A stretch of 63,960 nt of DNA, the filler included, from Reticulomyxa filosa (taxonomy: Eukaryota > Protista > Foraminifera): NCBI GenBank assembly GCA_000512085.1. It is 21 parts of 21 records of this genome, joined end to end, with 100 filler letters (N's around TTAATTAATTAA, not from the genome) between each part and the next. Parts side by side here need not be neighbours in the genome. Positions count along the whole stretch, not along the records: positions 51,230 to 52,566 come from ASPP01010403.1; positions 52,667 to 55,757 come from ASPP01016101.1; positions 55,858 to 58,642 come from ASPP01001622.1; positions 58,743 to 60,352 come from ASPP01035787.1; positions 60,453 to 61,466 come from ASPP01046489.1; positions 61,567 to 62,675 come from ASPP01036552.1; positions 62,776 to 63,960 come from ASPP01029057.1; 14 more parts are not named here. One strand, 5' to 3'. Of this stretch, positions 51,300-63,960 are shown piece after piece. The translations under genes were made by a program, and so were the position numbers. Each line of letters starts with the position of its first letter. The stretch's first letter is position 1. Under the pieces are notes generated by a model. It searched no databases. It had not been told where the DNA came from and worked only from the letters and a program-made list of their open reading frames with translations.

Positions 51300-52400
51300 T
51301 TTTTTCAAAATTTCAATTTCTTTTTGCAATGCATCCAAATCTTCTTTCGATTTGCCGGCCTTTTTGATGACTTTCAACGCAAAAGGCTTTCGGTCATGCT
51401 TTCTGGTGATTTTGCGCACTCGAGCAAAAGAGCCTTCGCCAAGTTTGCCTGCTTCGATCCAATACTTTTGATAAAACTCGGGCTCGGTTAGCTCTCCCTC
51501 TTTGTCAGGCAAGCCAAGTTGCACCTGTGGATGCAGTTTCTTTTTCGAGTGTCCGGCTTTGAGCTGATCAAATGCAGTGTTCATGTCGCGTTGCGAGTCG
51601 CGGATCAATGTGTCGTCCAATGAAAATATGCGATTACTGCGGCTGTTCAAAGCATTGGCAAATTGAGGAGCATACATACTTTCATCCGAGTCATAGCCGT
51701 CGACGTATTCTGGAGGAGGTTGCGTAGGCGGGGGTGGGAGTCCTCTGGCATTACAAGATTAAACAAAGAGAGAGAGAGAGAAAAAAAAAGAACAGTTACA
51801 AAAAAAATGTTACGTTTAAACAATTTGAACAATGATTGTTGAAAAGTATACAAAAAGAGGTATAATATCTATGTTTAAACAATAAATAAAAAAATAAAAC
51901 AAAAAAGTCTGACTTGTTTGCTTGCTTTCGTTGTGGCTTCCTTTTTTTTGCTAGGGTGTTGATGCCTTTGTCCGCCACCGGGCTGCTGTAAGGCTGCAGC
52001 ACCATTGCCAGTGGCGAGAGAGCGACGGTAGTTCGGATCAGCGCCGGATGAGGGATGCGGATTGGAGCCCATCATTGTGCCCTGGTAGTCTTGTTCATCC
52101 CCTATTCGATTCACAAACGTCGTGGCTTGCTTCTGAGCCGCCGCAATGGCTTCTTTCAACGTTTGTCCTGCTTTTTGGACAGTCACTTCGCCGAGGTCTC
52201 TGTCTCCGACTCCGCCTAGTTGCCGTTGGCTGCGCGCATGCAGCTCTTGGACCTCTGCCACGTCCATCTCCATTAACACCGACTCTTTTTCCTTCACCAC
52301 TAGTCCGACGGACGCCGCCAACGGAAATGGTGACGGGTTCGAGCTGCGAGCTGTCGTGGCCACTGGTTGCAAATAGGATGGTGGTGCTTTATTTCCATCT
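51300..52400 (-). CDS. Ser/Thr protein kinase (CAMK-like), N-terminal extension plus subdomains I-III, truncated
   Basis: KLGEGSFARVRK...FALKVIKK...LQKEIEILKK (Gly-rich loop, VAIK-type Lys, helix-C Glu), with upstream exons. Confidence 0.88.
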
Positions 52401-52769
52401 ATTTGAAATTTTGTCGGTTTTAAAAGTTTTTTTTTTTTTTTTATACCCCCAAACAAAATCAAATGAGCTTAAAAAAAATAATAAAAAATGAGTAATTTAA
52501 CATTTTTAGCATTTGCGTTCTCAGCACCACTCTTCTGACGACTAACATTGGCAGGAGGAGGAGAGGNNNNNNNNNNNNNNNNNNNNNNNNNNNNNNNNNN
52601 NNNNNNNNNNTTAATTAATTAANNNNNNNNNNNNNNNNNNNNNNNNNNNNNNNNNNNNNNNNNNNNTTTTTTTTTTTTTTTTTCCCCTTTTTTTTTTTTT
52701 TTTTTTTTCTTACATACCTTTTTTTTTTTACTTACATACACACGTATACAAAAGACGCTTGCTTTAAAA

Positions 52770-53164
52770 GTGGATTGTGTAGTACCTATTGGGTGATTTT
52801 CATTTTGCAACTGACTGGTTGGATGTTGCCAATGATGACTATCGAGGGATGGGGGGCTGAAAGACATGCTGTTCGAGTGTCATTGCATTTGTTTATCTTG
52901 GATTTATGCACCAATGTTCCCATTATTATTGCTATCGTCGCTACCAGTTTTACTTTTCATTTTGTCATTTATTCTCTGCCTCTTTTTCTTTTAACTACTC
53001 ATGCACGTGGATGTTTGAACAGACGGGTACAAAGTATCTCCGGCTGTATTTTTTGATCTGTTATGGAAAGCATGTGGCTTCATTCGTTCAGCCTCTTATT
53101 TTCTTGTGTACTACATTTGGCTTCGAAAAGGAAAGAAAGCTAACACAACTCCGCAGAAAAAGTA
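52770..53164 (+). CDS. 3' fragment of a hypothetical membrane protein
   Basis: WVIFILQLTGWMLPMM...LFILDLCTNVPIIIAIVAT | intron | GYKVSPAVFFDLLWKACGFIRSASYFLVYYIWLRK...*. Confidence 0.45.
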
Positions 53165-54442
53165 AAGTTCAATTCATTATCTTAATTTATGCAACAAAGC
53201 GGCCAAGAGAAGAAAAAATAACAAATCAAGAAGATTGAATTTATGTTCACAATTTTCTTTATCCTTCAAAGGAGATGTCCATTGACAGTTTGTATTCAAT
53301 TTTTGACACAAGACAATATGTTTTGGTTTTTTTGATTCTGTGAGTTTGTGATGTTTTTTGGGTTCTAAAGAGTGAAAAGCTTAGATTTTTTTAGTGTAGT
53401 GACATTGACTTTATTTGTTTCCATATATTTCTCAAGTCACCACTTTGAAGTTTCTGGTCATTGTCTTGTGAATTGACGACTATCCAAATCTTTATTTTAT
53501 GTTTGTTTTTATTTTTTATTGTTACGGTTACAATCTTTTGACTGAATTGATTGGCACAAAGAAGTCAATCTGAATGTGGATCATGAGGTATTTGTACAAT
53601 CATAAACACAGATATGTGCTGTATTATTCCATATCTAAAAGCAGATGTTACACATTTTTGCGGTTGCAAATGCTTAAATACGAAAATAGTAGATTTTCTC
53701 AGTGAAACAAATATTTTGTAAATTTTTATGTCTACATTGAGAACACAAACAATGATTACACATTCTGAAAAAGTCACGAAACCATATGAATTTTTTAGAT
53801 TTTTTTGCAAAAAATGATTTTATTTAAGCATAAAACATTCTTATGTGTAGGAACAGTGCGATTAAATGTAATACGAAAGGTGATGTTTCAAAAATAAAAT
53901 TTCAGTAAACGAAATAAATTAAATAAAAATAATTCACAAAAGAAAAAGAAAGGAAAAGGAGAAGCGTTGTTTGTTGAAAACGTTTAACCTATCAGGGACT
54001 CCACAATTCCTTTTTTGTTGAACAAATCGCAGAACGTTACATAATCAAAGTGTGATACTTTAGCTATCATTAATGATTTTAAAGTAGAGCTGTCACGTTA
54101 AAAGTATTTCAAAAACTAATACATGTCACAAAATAAATAAAGTTTTCATGACAAATTTGATTAAGATAAATTCACTAAAAAGATACTATTTCCTTTGTAG
54201 GTATGATTAAGATTTAAGATCTTATAAAATAATCATGCAACAAAAACAATACTCAAATAAGTTGTTCAATATTATTAGTATTTTAGAAAATATCTTTAAA
54301 CTCTAGATTTATCATTTCCTTGTGTTTTCTCAACTAATTTGCACAGCTAAAAACTTATTATAAAAGATTGTTGCAATACAACTATTTTCATTTGTTAATT
54401 GATTGACTGGACACTGAAAAAGGAAAAAATCTTTAAGGTATA

Positions 54443-55757
54443 ATGACAGCACGTGAAGAGTCGCCTGTCACACCATTGGCTGGAGATCAAACACAAAAGT
54501 GGAATGGAACTGACAACGCAGATGATCAAAATGACAACAATCAAGTTGAAGAAATGGAAGAATTACAACAACGACAACCAGACCAAGGCGATGACATTGA
54601 AGACCAAGACGATGATATTGAAGACCTTCACTTTTCAAACAACGCGGCCTTTGAGAATTGGAGAAGCATTTTGAGCGATCCAAACAAGACTGTAATGACA
54701 ACTTATTGCTATAAACGCATACATATACATATATATATATCTTTATTTATCTGTAAATTTTTTTGATAAAAGAGAGAAAAAGGAGGGAGATCGGAAAAAG
54801 CACGTATCACACGACCAAAAAAAAAATCATGAGTATGACATGAGAGCACAAAAAAAAGTGAATGTATGTAAAAATGGGTAGGTTTCTCAATTGGTCCCTT
54901 GCTTGGAAGCATTTGGAAATCAAAATGAACAATTAAGAAAAAAGATCGCAAAGTTGAGCGAAAAATTGCACGAGTCAAAATCTACGCACAGAGGTTCCAT
55001 TGTTGCCTTACACACCAAAATGTTTCGAAAATTGCTTGACGCAGAAGAAAAGCATGAATCTGAAGTTTATTTTTTAAAAAAATTCTGGAAATCTTTTTTT
55101 TTTTTTTTAAACAGTGGGAAAAAATAAAAAAAAAGAAAAAAAAAAAGAAAAGATAACCCCCCCCAAAACAAAAACAAAAACAAATATACAAAAAAACAAA
55201 AGAGTGAAACGAAGTTGAAAAAAATGTCGGAATTGGAACGCAAGATACAAATGTATGAACAGATAGACCGAGACGGAAACATCAACAAAAGTTTGGAACA
55301 ATTTGCCGAGAGGGAGCAAAAATATGCCAATGAAGTTTTGGGGGCCTATAATCTAGCAACAAAACAATGCGACATTACATATATAAATATATGTATATGT
55401 ACATGTATATTTATTTATATATGTATATGCATATACACATATATATGTATATATGTTTGTTTGATAATATGAACAGATACAACTTTTGCAAAAAGAAAAT
55501 AAACGTCTGGAAGATGAGCTGAAAATAGAACGAATGAAGGTGGAAGATGGCGATCGGGAGAGACGCAAATCGGTGGCGTCATTACACAATCGCATCTTCA
55601 AACGCTTCCTCGAAGCCGAAGAACACAGCGAAACAACGATTAGCGCGCTGAGGACACAAAACGAAGAGTTACAGAAGGAGCTGCACCAAGAGAAACTCAA
55701 AACCAAAGAACTGGACAAAAGCCGAAGGGAATCGATTTCCACGCTGCATTTCAACAT
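54443..55757 (+). CDS. Coiled-coil protein with repeated R-x-S-[IV]-x-x-L-H-x-x-x-F motifs, multi-exon, truncated
   Basis: Acidic N-terminus, then heptad-rich exons containing HRGSIVALHTKMF, RRKSVASLHNRIF and RRESISTLHFN. Confidence 0.65.
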
Positions 55758-56357
55758 NNNNNNNNNNNNNNNNNNNNNNNNNNNNNNNNNNNNNNNNNNN
55801 NTTAATTAATTAANNNNNNNNNNNNNNNNNNNNNNNNNNNNNNNNNNNNNNNNNNNNCCCCGTCTCCACAAGGAGAAATCATGGTTTGTTTATCTATTTT
55901 TATTTTTATTTTTTTTGCATAATGACATTATGTGTTTTTCAATTACAGCTGCAGCCCTATTCAAAATAAAAATAAAAATGTATACGTCCCTTCCTTCCAA
56001 AGAAAAATTTTGGGGTTGAAGCCATCCCCGTGTCCAAAAAGCAATAAAAAGGTTTTTATTTATTTATTTATTTATTTTTTTAATAAAATCTATGTTTGCT
56101 TTTGAATAGGCATGCCCCCATCAAAAGAAAAGTGCTTGTCCTCCCCTCCACGTGCAAAAGAAAAAATTATAGGAATTGGAATTAGAGCTTTGAGCTCCTA
56201 GCAAAAGTATGCTTGTTTGTTTTTTTTTTTAAATGAAAAAATTTTGATTTGTGATATGCAATAGGAGTCGATAGCAAGATTTGGAAGTTTTTATTTATTT
56301 ATTTTTATTTTTTGTATTTCTATTTGAAGATGGATAGGGAAAAAGGTATTGTAAAAT

Positions 56358-56460
56358 GGTGGGGAAAATATGGGGAAATGTGGGGAAAATATGGTGAAAT
56401 GTGGGGAAAATATGGGGAAAATATGGGGAAAATATGGGGAAAATATGGGGAAATGTGGAG
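56358..56460 (+). repeat. G-rich minisatellite (TGGGGAAAATA / TGGGGAAATG)n
   Basis: About 9 tandem 10-11-nt units, followed by a ~330-nt A-rich purine tract. Confidence 0.9.
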
Positions 56461-57039
56461 AAAAGATTGTGAAAAGATTGTGAAAAGGTGGGAAAAAAAG
56501 TGAAAAATAAAGTGGAAAAAAATATATAAAATTTTTATTTAAGAAAAAGAATAATAAAATAGAAAAAAATAAAAAGAATGACAAAAATGGAAAAATAAAA
56601 AGAATGATAAAAAAAAATGAAAAAAGAAAAAAAAATTGCAATTTGAAAAATGGAAAAAAAGATTAAAAATAGAAAAATGAAAAAGGAAAAAAAAATAGAA
56701 AAGATAGAAAAAGAGAAAAAATGAAAAAAATAAGAAAAAAATATAAGGGAAAATTGTGGGGAATGAAAGAAAAAATGAAAAAAAGAAAAAAAACAACGTG
56801 ACATGTACGTGCGCATATTCGCAACTCAAGATCTTATCATTAGTGTGGATATTGTACAGCTGACAACCAAAACAAGTTTGCCAATAATGAAAAAAATGAA
56901 GCAGTTTTGATATCGAGCAAAGTGAAACGATATCGACATTGTGATCGCAATGGCTGGAAAAGAAGCTGAAGTCGATGAAGAACAAAACGTTGAGTTATCA
57001 GTAAATACCTACTCAAAGCAGTCGAGAAAACCACTGCAT

Positions 57040-58350
57040 TGTGAGAACAAGTGGCTCAACTTAGCGGATGAATTGTACGAAATTCCGCCGAAACATTGGT
57101 AAGCAGAAAATGAATACGATGAGAATGAGAAAGAGGATGATAAAGAAAAGAAAGTAAATTTCTCGTGGAACTATTTAAAAAAAACTCGTCACCAGATTTG
57201 TTGAATGTGGTTATGTACTTGCTCTTCACACCCGTATTTCCAGGCATGCAATACTTCAAATAGAGCGCGCAAATTAAAGATAATGAATAGGCGTTGAAAT
57301 ATCTATAAGTGGTAATTCGGACAATTGGAAATAACTTGGCAATCAACATATGTTCACACAAGTCTATTGCGCTTTGCCACTCCAACAATTATCTTCAAAG
57401 ATGCGTCCGACTGCGATTTACATGTTCCAACAAACAAGGGACGCTATGTTGTTATAAAAATGACGCTAACTACTCGTGCAAAAACTGTTCGTTGGTCGTA
57501 CATAAGCTGGTGGTAGTAATCTTTCGCGCAAATACGCCCAAGAATGAAAAAAAAATAACAGTACTCCTTACTTTATTAAATCGTAAATAGAAGTATTGTA
57601 TGTACTGGAAACGCTCGTGAAAAGTGTGTCTCTAATCACAATGGAGACTATTTCTTTCAAGTGCGAAGTCCATCCGCTCTCGTGGAACAGTTGGACAAAA
57701 TTTACACAGGTTAGTCCAGGAAAGTTGGATCTTGGTACCGGACGACGAAAGAAAGCTAATCAAGAAGAATAAAAAAGAAAGATGGTGATACGCGCAAAGA
57801 GTATAAAATATGGTGTCGCAACGGCAGCAGAGAAGATGTAGAAATCGATAAGAAAAGAACGTGGGAGTTGTTCAGTGCAATCGAGAAAACAACTGCATTG
57901 TTAGAACATTCCATGTGAGATTGATTCAAATTGGTGGGGTTGTGCGAAACTCCGTAAATACATTATCAACCAAAAAGAGTAATGTGATGATGAGAGTAAT
58001 GATGACGAAGAGAAAGAAGAGAATATCAATATCTCGTTGGACCTGTTTAAAAAAAAAAAAAAAATTATACAGATTTACATTCACGGGCGTGAAGATCCAG
58101 TGCATAACCACACTTAGTAGACTTTGTGTTTCCAGACATGTACTACTTTCATATAGAACGCGCCGATCAAAGAATGAATAAGTGTGTGGAAATCTTGCAG
58201 TGGTAACAGGAAAAAATTGAAAAGAACTTAGCCATCAACATATGCGCACACAAGTCTCTAGCGATTTGCTAAGTCAGCCGTGATCCGCAAAGATAGAGCC
58301 AAACTGAGATTTACAGACTCCAACCAACAAGTGAAACCAGTTTGCTATAT
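57040..58350 (+). repeat. Degenerate multicopy module family (copy set 2; two tandem units)
   Basis: Units read VFP[DG]M[QY]YF...NLAINIC[SA]HKS[IL]A[LI]C...LRFT[CD]SN[KQ]Q, with stops. Homologous to 46230-46960. Confidence 0.7.
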
Positions 58351-58879
58351 AAAAGATTCTAGCTATAAACATGTTGAAATTGGTCGTGACTGCGCGCATA
58401 GTCGCAACTTGGCTTTGTAGTAGTTGTCCGTGTGCTGCTGATGGGAGGAATGGTTAGATCGCGAGTGGTATAAGCAATAATGATTGTAAAAAGATATATA
58501 TATATATATGTATATAGATATAGATAGATAGATAGAGAGGAAAAACTGTTTGTATTTTCTGGCTCAGTTCGGCAAAGATCACCAGCACTTATTCGACACA
58601 CGCAAGGCAATCGATTCTTGAAGTGATGGTCTCCAGATCGACNNNNNNNNNNNNNNNNNNNNNNNNNNNNNNNNNNNNNNNNNNNNTTAATTAATTAANN
58701 NNNNNNNNNNNNNNNNNNNNNNNNNNNNNNNNNNNNNNNNNNTTTTTTTTTCGCACTTTTGTTGTCAGGCATAATGAGGGTCTTATGGGTCACACCTTTT
58801 TTGAGTTCACTGTTTATTTTATTTCATTTTTTTTTTAAGTCTTGGTCATTAAAACAAACAAAAGTGCAGGACATACCAA

Positions 58880-60260
58880 ATCACGGATTAGCTCTGAGAT
58901 TAGTATCAACCTTGGCAACAACCTTAGTAAGTAAATGAGTGCATACAAGTGTTTGACTAGAAAAGAAAATGACACAAAATAGAGAAAAAACTAACATTTT
59001 GAATTATATCATTACTTTTGAAATGGTCCAAACTCTTCCAAATATTTTCTCATCTCCGCCAATGAGACCATTTTGTTTTGCCTTCACACTAGTTTTTTTT
59101 TGATATAATTTATGTAAATTACACTTAATATACATACATATAATACATGTACATATGCACGTCAAAATGAAAATGAAAAGTATTCTAAAGCATAAATACC
59201 ATACCCAAAATAAGGCATTTGAAGACGTGGACTTGTAAAAGATCGCACCACTCATTAAATCTTGAGTGCTCCACAAAGCCAATAAGTTTGATAGCGAAAG
59301 AGTCTTTTTAAATAGTCTGTGACGACAGCAACAAATCCGAGGTCGTGTTAATATTGGTATCCAACATTTCCAAGAAAAAACCAAAGTCGATGTCTTGTTG
59401 TGTTTGCACAAGCTTATTTACAATGAATAGTTACCACAAACTCATTTTGCTGTTTGCTTTGGTAACACAAGTCGGCATTCAAAATGTGCTGATCAAATTT
59501 CTCAATAATCACCCGTTTCAGTTTTTTCTTCAATCTGCTCACGATTTGATCCACTTGTTTGCACAATATTCCTTACGCTTCATTCCTATCCACGTTTGCA
59601 TCCCCTCTGTTCATAAATTTCCATTGCAATGTTTCTCCAATCAGTAGTTGCGATATTTCGTCATGTTTCATTATTTTGATTCTAACGCTTGTGGATACGT
59701 CCTGCACTCTTTTGTGCTCGACTTTTTCATTTTTTCCATGTATTACACCATGCTCTTGTTTTTTCCATTTATGTGTACACAATTCATCAAAAAGTTTTTT
59801 ACCCCCCCTTTTTTTTTTAGAAAAAAAAATTCTTGATATTTCCAAACTTTTTTTTGCATCTAAAAATAAAATAAATAAATAAAAATACATCTTTTGTGGA
59901 TTGATGTTCAGCTCATGTATTTATAATGTAAAGTCATTTTCAGTTTTGTTTATCCATTCCACATCAGACGGAAACCTTGAAACTCCTTGTTGAGTTTTGA
60001 TTGTGTGCAATTGTTGTGATCCTGTCCAAAAGAGTTTCTGCTCAGATTGTACCACTTCTTTGTTTTTATTTTCCATCGATTTTGCAATTCTTTCCAGATC
60101 ATTTGTCCCCATTTTTTTGTTCCGTTTTATTTGGTGCTTTTTTTTTCATTCAAAGAGCTGTTTCAAGGAGGGGAAAAAAAGCCAACCAGAATATCTTGAT
60201 TCCAAAACGTGTATTGTTTTGGTAAATAGTCATGCGCAATGGAGGCAAAGCATCGACCAT
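58880..60260 (-). pseudogene. Interrupted hypothetical gene fragments
   Basis: Several coding-like minus-strand segments separated by intron-like tracts, with in-frame stops. Confidence 0.3.
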
Positions 60261-60485
60261 GTCTAATACATGTTTGTAAAGATCTCAAAGAGTAAGAAGC
60301 ATGATTCATTTTTTTTTTTGAACTTCTTCTTCACAAGGGAGAGCAGACTTTTNNNNNNNNNNNNNNNNNNNNNNNNNNNNNNNNNNNNNNNNNNNNTTAA
60401 TTAATTAANNNNNNNNNNNNNNNNNNNNNNNNNNNNNNNNNNNNNNNNNNNNTTCATATTTTATTTACATTTAACTCATTTAAGT

Positions 60486-60849
60486 TGGAAGTTGCACAAA
60501 TCTCGAGTAATTTCTCTACTGTGTCGACATAAATTTGATTATAATTTTTCCATGTCTGTGATATTATCTCTTTTCCTAGATTATTGCCAAATCCTTTGAA
60601 TAAATTCATTAGATGATGTTGTTGTTGTAAATTTGTGCTGTATTAAAATATATAAAGCAATGATTTGTTAAAAAATATTGAAATATTTTTGTTATTAAAA
60701 AAGAGAAAAGAAAATAATTGTTACGTGTTCTCCATTAGCCAGGTTAAGACATCCTTTGTCTTTTCAACATCTTGATCAAACCATTCCAATACATCTGAAA
60801 TGATCTCTTCTTTCATATCGGGGAGCGTATGTTGAAGTTGTGTGAGCAT
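60486..60849 (-). CDS. 5' part of the CUE-like family gene (paralogue of 17591-17883)
   Basis: MLTQLQHTLPDMKEEIISDVLEWFDQDVEKTKDVLTWLMENT | same intron position | TNLQQQHHLMNLFKGFGNNLGKEIISQTWKNY. Confidence 0.65.
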
Positions 60850-61566
60850 GATGATGAAGTTAACTTTAAAAGAAAACCCTTTTTTTGTTTGAATGTTCAA
60901 AAAAAACTGATTTATGTAATTTGTGATCAAGAAGATTTTTGTTTTAAAAAAGAAAAAAAATTTGATAATATTAAAATTTTTACATTTCAACACCATAGAT
61001 TACGAATAACACTTCCAACTATGTTTTAATATTATTACAAGAAGAAAGACATTTGAGAGTAGGATAAAATTATTTTTTTATTTGAAAAGTCATATATTTT
61101 TGTAATGAAATTAAAGATTTAACAAATTGTTGCATATTTTCAATTTAGCATTTTTTCAGTATTTTGTTGCCTTGAATTTTTCATTACAAACAAGCATATG
61201 TGAAAACTACATCATATTGTTAAATATGCATTAAGTTTAATAACGAATACATACTTTTTATTTTTAATTCAACAAATAAGATTGTAGAAACATCAAATTG
61301 AGTCAACAAGAATCAATGCTTATCATATAATCTTAGAATGCTTTATTTTCTTTGTTTCTTATGTAAAATGTGAAAGGAATGAGTTTTTGAATTTTTACTT
61401 AAATATAATCAAAAGTGGAAAATTAAAAGATAGATACGTCTACCACATAAGAAATCAGTTTCATTTNNNNNNNNNNNNNNNNNNNNNNNNNNNNNNNNNN
61501 NNNNNNNNNNTTAATTAATTAANNNNNNNNNNNNNNNNNNNNNNNNNNNNNNNNNNNNNNNNNNNN

Positions 61567-62675
61567 TCTTCCATTGAATTGTTAGAAAGCTTTATTAATA
61601 CAAAAAACTTTATTAAAAATCCAAAGGAAGTATTCCAACCTTTTCTCACTGAAAAGTCCAGTGCGGCAGTCCGGTTGCAAGTCGAAAAACACAAATCTGA
61701 TATTATGCTCGCATTTCAACATGACAATTATCAAATTGCTCAAACAAAATTGGATGAATTGCATGCACTGAACAATGTTTTGAAAAATGATTCAATTGAA
61801 AGCGAGTACAACGATTGTGTCAAGAAATTGATCCACCAATGGAATGGGAAAATTGAACAAGCAAAAAGTGTATTTAATAAATCTATAGTGGCTCCACATG
61901 CAATCAGCAAAGAGGATGTTTTGGCTTATAAAAAAACAATTGACGAACTCAAATCTGCTGATCCATTGAGAAGTCATTTGAAAGATGCGATTAGTGCTGA
62001 TGCTTTGGTGCAAAACTTGAATGATCAAACCCACCATTTGATTAGTGAAATTGAAAAGAATATGGAAAATGAAATTGCATTAAAAGTACATTTGGACAAA
62101 TTGGCACAAGTGAAAAACGTCTTTCCCAACTTTGCATCTGCTTACAAACAAGCCTGTCAAACATTGGCAAAACTATTGACGAATTCTGTAAATAATGCAA
62201 AAGAATGTATCGAAAAGAATAAGTTTGAAGAAGTGAGAAAAGGTTTGGAGGCAATTGTAAAAGTATTGCCTCTTCAGTCCAATTTGGTTTCCTTGTTCGA
62301 TGTCAAAAAAGAAATACAACATTTGGAAACATTGTTGATGACCCATTTAAATAGTGTGGTGAATAAAGGGATTGTTGTAACCAAAAGAGCAGTGAAAGAT
62401 GAATCTGACTCTAAAAAAGAAGAAAAAGATGACAATTCTTCTTCTGTCCGAGTTAGCAAGCTTACAAAATCTGATATCGAATTGTTAGAAGCAAATATAA
62501 TATTATTGGAAACAGCAATGAATGTATTTGAATCACCTTGTGAACATTTCAATCTTAGTAAACCAATAAAAGAATTATTCCATTCATTTTTAAATGAAAT
62601 CATTGTTTATTTTGATAAGATCAGCCAAAAGATAACATCTCTTTTTGAAAAACAAAGATATCATGCATTTGATGA
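61567..62675 (+). CDS. Internal fragment of a large all-alpha-helical protein
   Basis: Uninterrupted ORF spanning the whole contig, with amphipathic helical repeats. No diagnostic motif. Confidence 0.75.
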
Positions 62676-63960
62676 NNNNNNNNNNNNNNNNNNNNNNNNN
62701 NNNNNNNNNNNNNNNNNNNTTAATTAATTAANNNNNNNNNNNNNNNNNNNNNNNNNNNNNNNNNNNNNNNNNNNNAAAGCTTTTTTCTTCATTTTCTTTT
62801 TGTTGGATATTCAATAGCTGTCCGTGCTTTAAAAGATCATTGATTACAACATCAAAAAAACTTTTTTATTCTCAGGACCCGTTCCGCTGTGTTTGTTTAA
62901 CTCGTTAGCGTCATTACCAAATCCAAGAAAAACTGACTTTTCAGTTTTTATTTCCCAAAATTACTAAAGTTTCTATTTATTTATTGTTAATTTATGTTTC
63001 CACACAACCCATTTGTTGCTTTGACCAACTTTTTTCTCACTCCTCTCCCCTTCATGCTTGTTGCGTGATAATCTTTCTTCTATTATACACATTAAAGAAG
63101 TTGAGATATTTGCACAACGCACTAACGTTTTACTCAATTGCATGCTTACCTTGTTGTTCATCCCGCTGACATGGCCCTATCTCTCGTACGACGCGCTTGT
63201 GGTGCCCAATCTGGCGCTTTTTCTGAAGACACTGCTGTTGGTACAAGGATATCAGGTTTTCAAAAATGTGATGTTCAATAGAGACACTCACCTCGACAAC
63301 ACCTTGCTCATGCTTGATGAATATCCTTGGAGCCAGTTGAAGTACCTTTTCAAGGAGGAAAGCCAAACTGATCATTGTCACGGTCGATCGCAACTTGGAA
63401 TGTATTGTCGAAAAGGCCAATGAAATGGGATTTCGATCCCCAAACACATAGATCATTACTTCATCAAAGCCATGATCACCATTGCTTAGATAATAATATT
63501 TGGAAAGACACGTCGATCGTCGATTTCTCCACTCTTTTGAAAAATCTTGATGAGTTTGTCAAAGTCCCGGGCAATTATTACTTGGTTGAAAGAACAGTCT
63601 TCCCTTGCGAGGCTTGTCTCAACTCGATTAGATCTTCATGTATGGCTTGCTTTTTCCATTTAAATATCTTTAACTGTGATATCGAATTGATGTCCCTTTG
63701 TGAAGCTAATTTGCCTTGTTTAACTGTTTTTCCTTTCTAAAACTCGACCAAATGTTTTCTTGAGTTTCACTTAACCTTTGTTTAACTTATTTCAACTAAT
63801 AATATGACTCACTACTGAAATTTTATTTGTGGGCTTTCATTTCCTAATTTAAAATTGACACATACTAGTTTTAACTTTTCAGATGTATGATTGAACTATA
63901 TTTAAAAACACTGATTTGCCAAAATTAAACAAATAAAAATTATATCCTTTATATTAAATA

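Noticed and set aside
56291-56985. Phe-rich 'membrane protein' ORFs
   Set aside because: Translations of the complement of a low-complexity purine tract.
2953-62775. Regularly recurring TTAATTAATTAA palindrome that could be read as a repeat array or CRISPR-like structure
   Set aside because: Always centred in a fixed-length N run. It is an assembly join linker with six-frame stops.
62973-63740. Higher-GC segment with overlapping ORFs on both strands
   Set aside because: No recognisable motif, and the coding strand could not be determined.

Overview
This is not one continuous locus. It is about 21 short, very AT-rich eukaryotic contigs joined by identical 100-nt artificial linkers (N44-TTAATTAATTAA-N44). 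Short GT-AG introns, a U2 snRNA, poly-N/Q tracts and many decayed WD40, kelch and RING-zinc-finger family members point to a protist. The family style resembles the foraminiferan Reticulomyxa filosa (inference, not verified). Recognisable genes: Derlin, eIF3k (with an in-frame TGA), an ArfGAP-PH protein, a CAMK-type kinase fragment, a DCAF8/WDTC1-like 5' end, U2 snRNA and Tc1 transposon remnants sharing one TIR. The main candidate system is a two-copy family of intronless NLR-like STAND proteins: [Cys4 Zn module]-RelA/SpoT-like (alarmone synthetase fold) nucleotidyltransferase-NACHT-pentapeptide-WD40 (16 repeats in the complete copy), with hypervariable repeat positions. It looks like an innate-immune receptor coupled to a nucleotide-signal or toxin effector. 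Other leads: a RING/TRAF zinc finger fused to a PD-(D/E)xK nuclease-like domain, and a structurally expanded U2 gene beside an inverted copy of its own flanks that lacks the gene.
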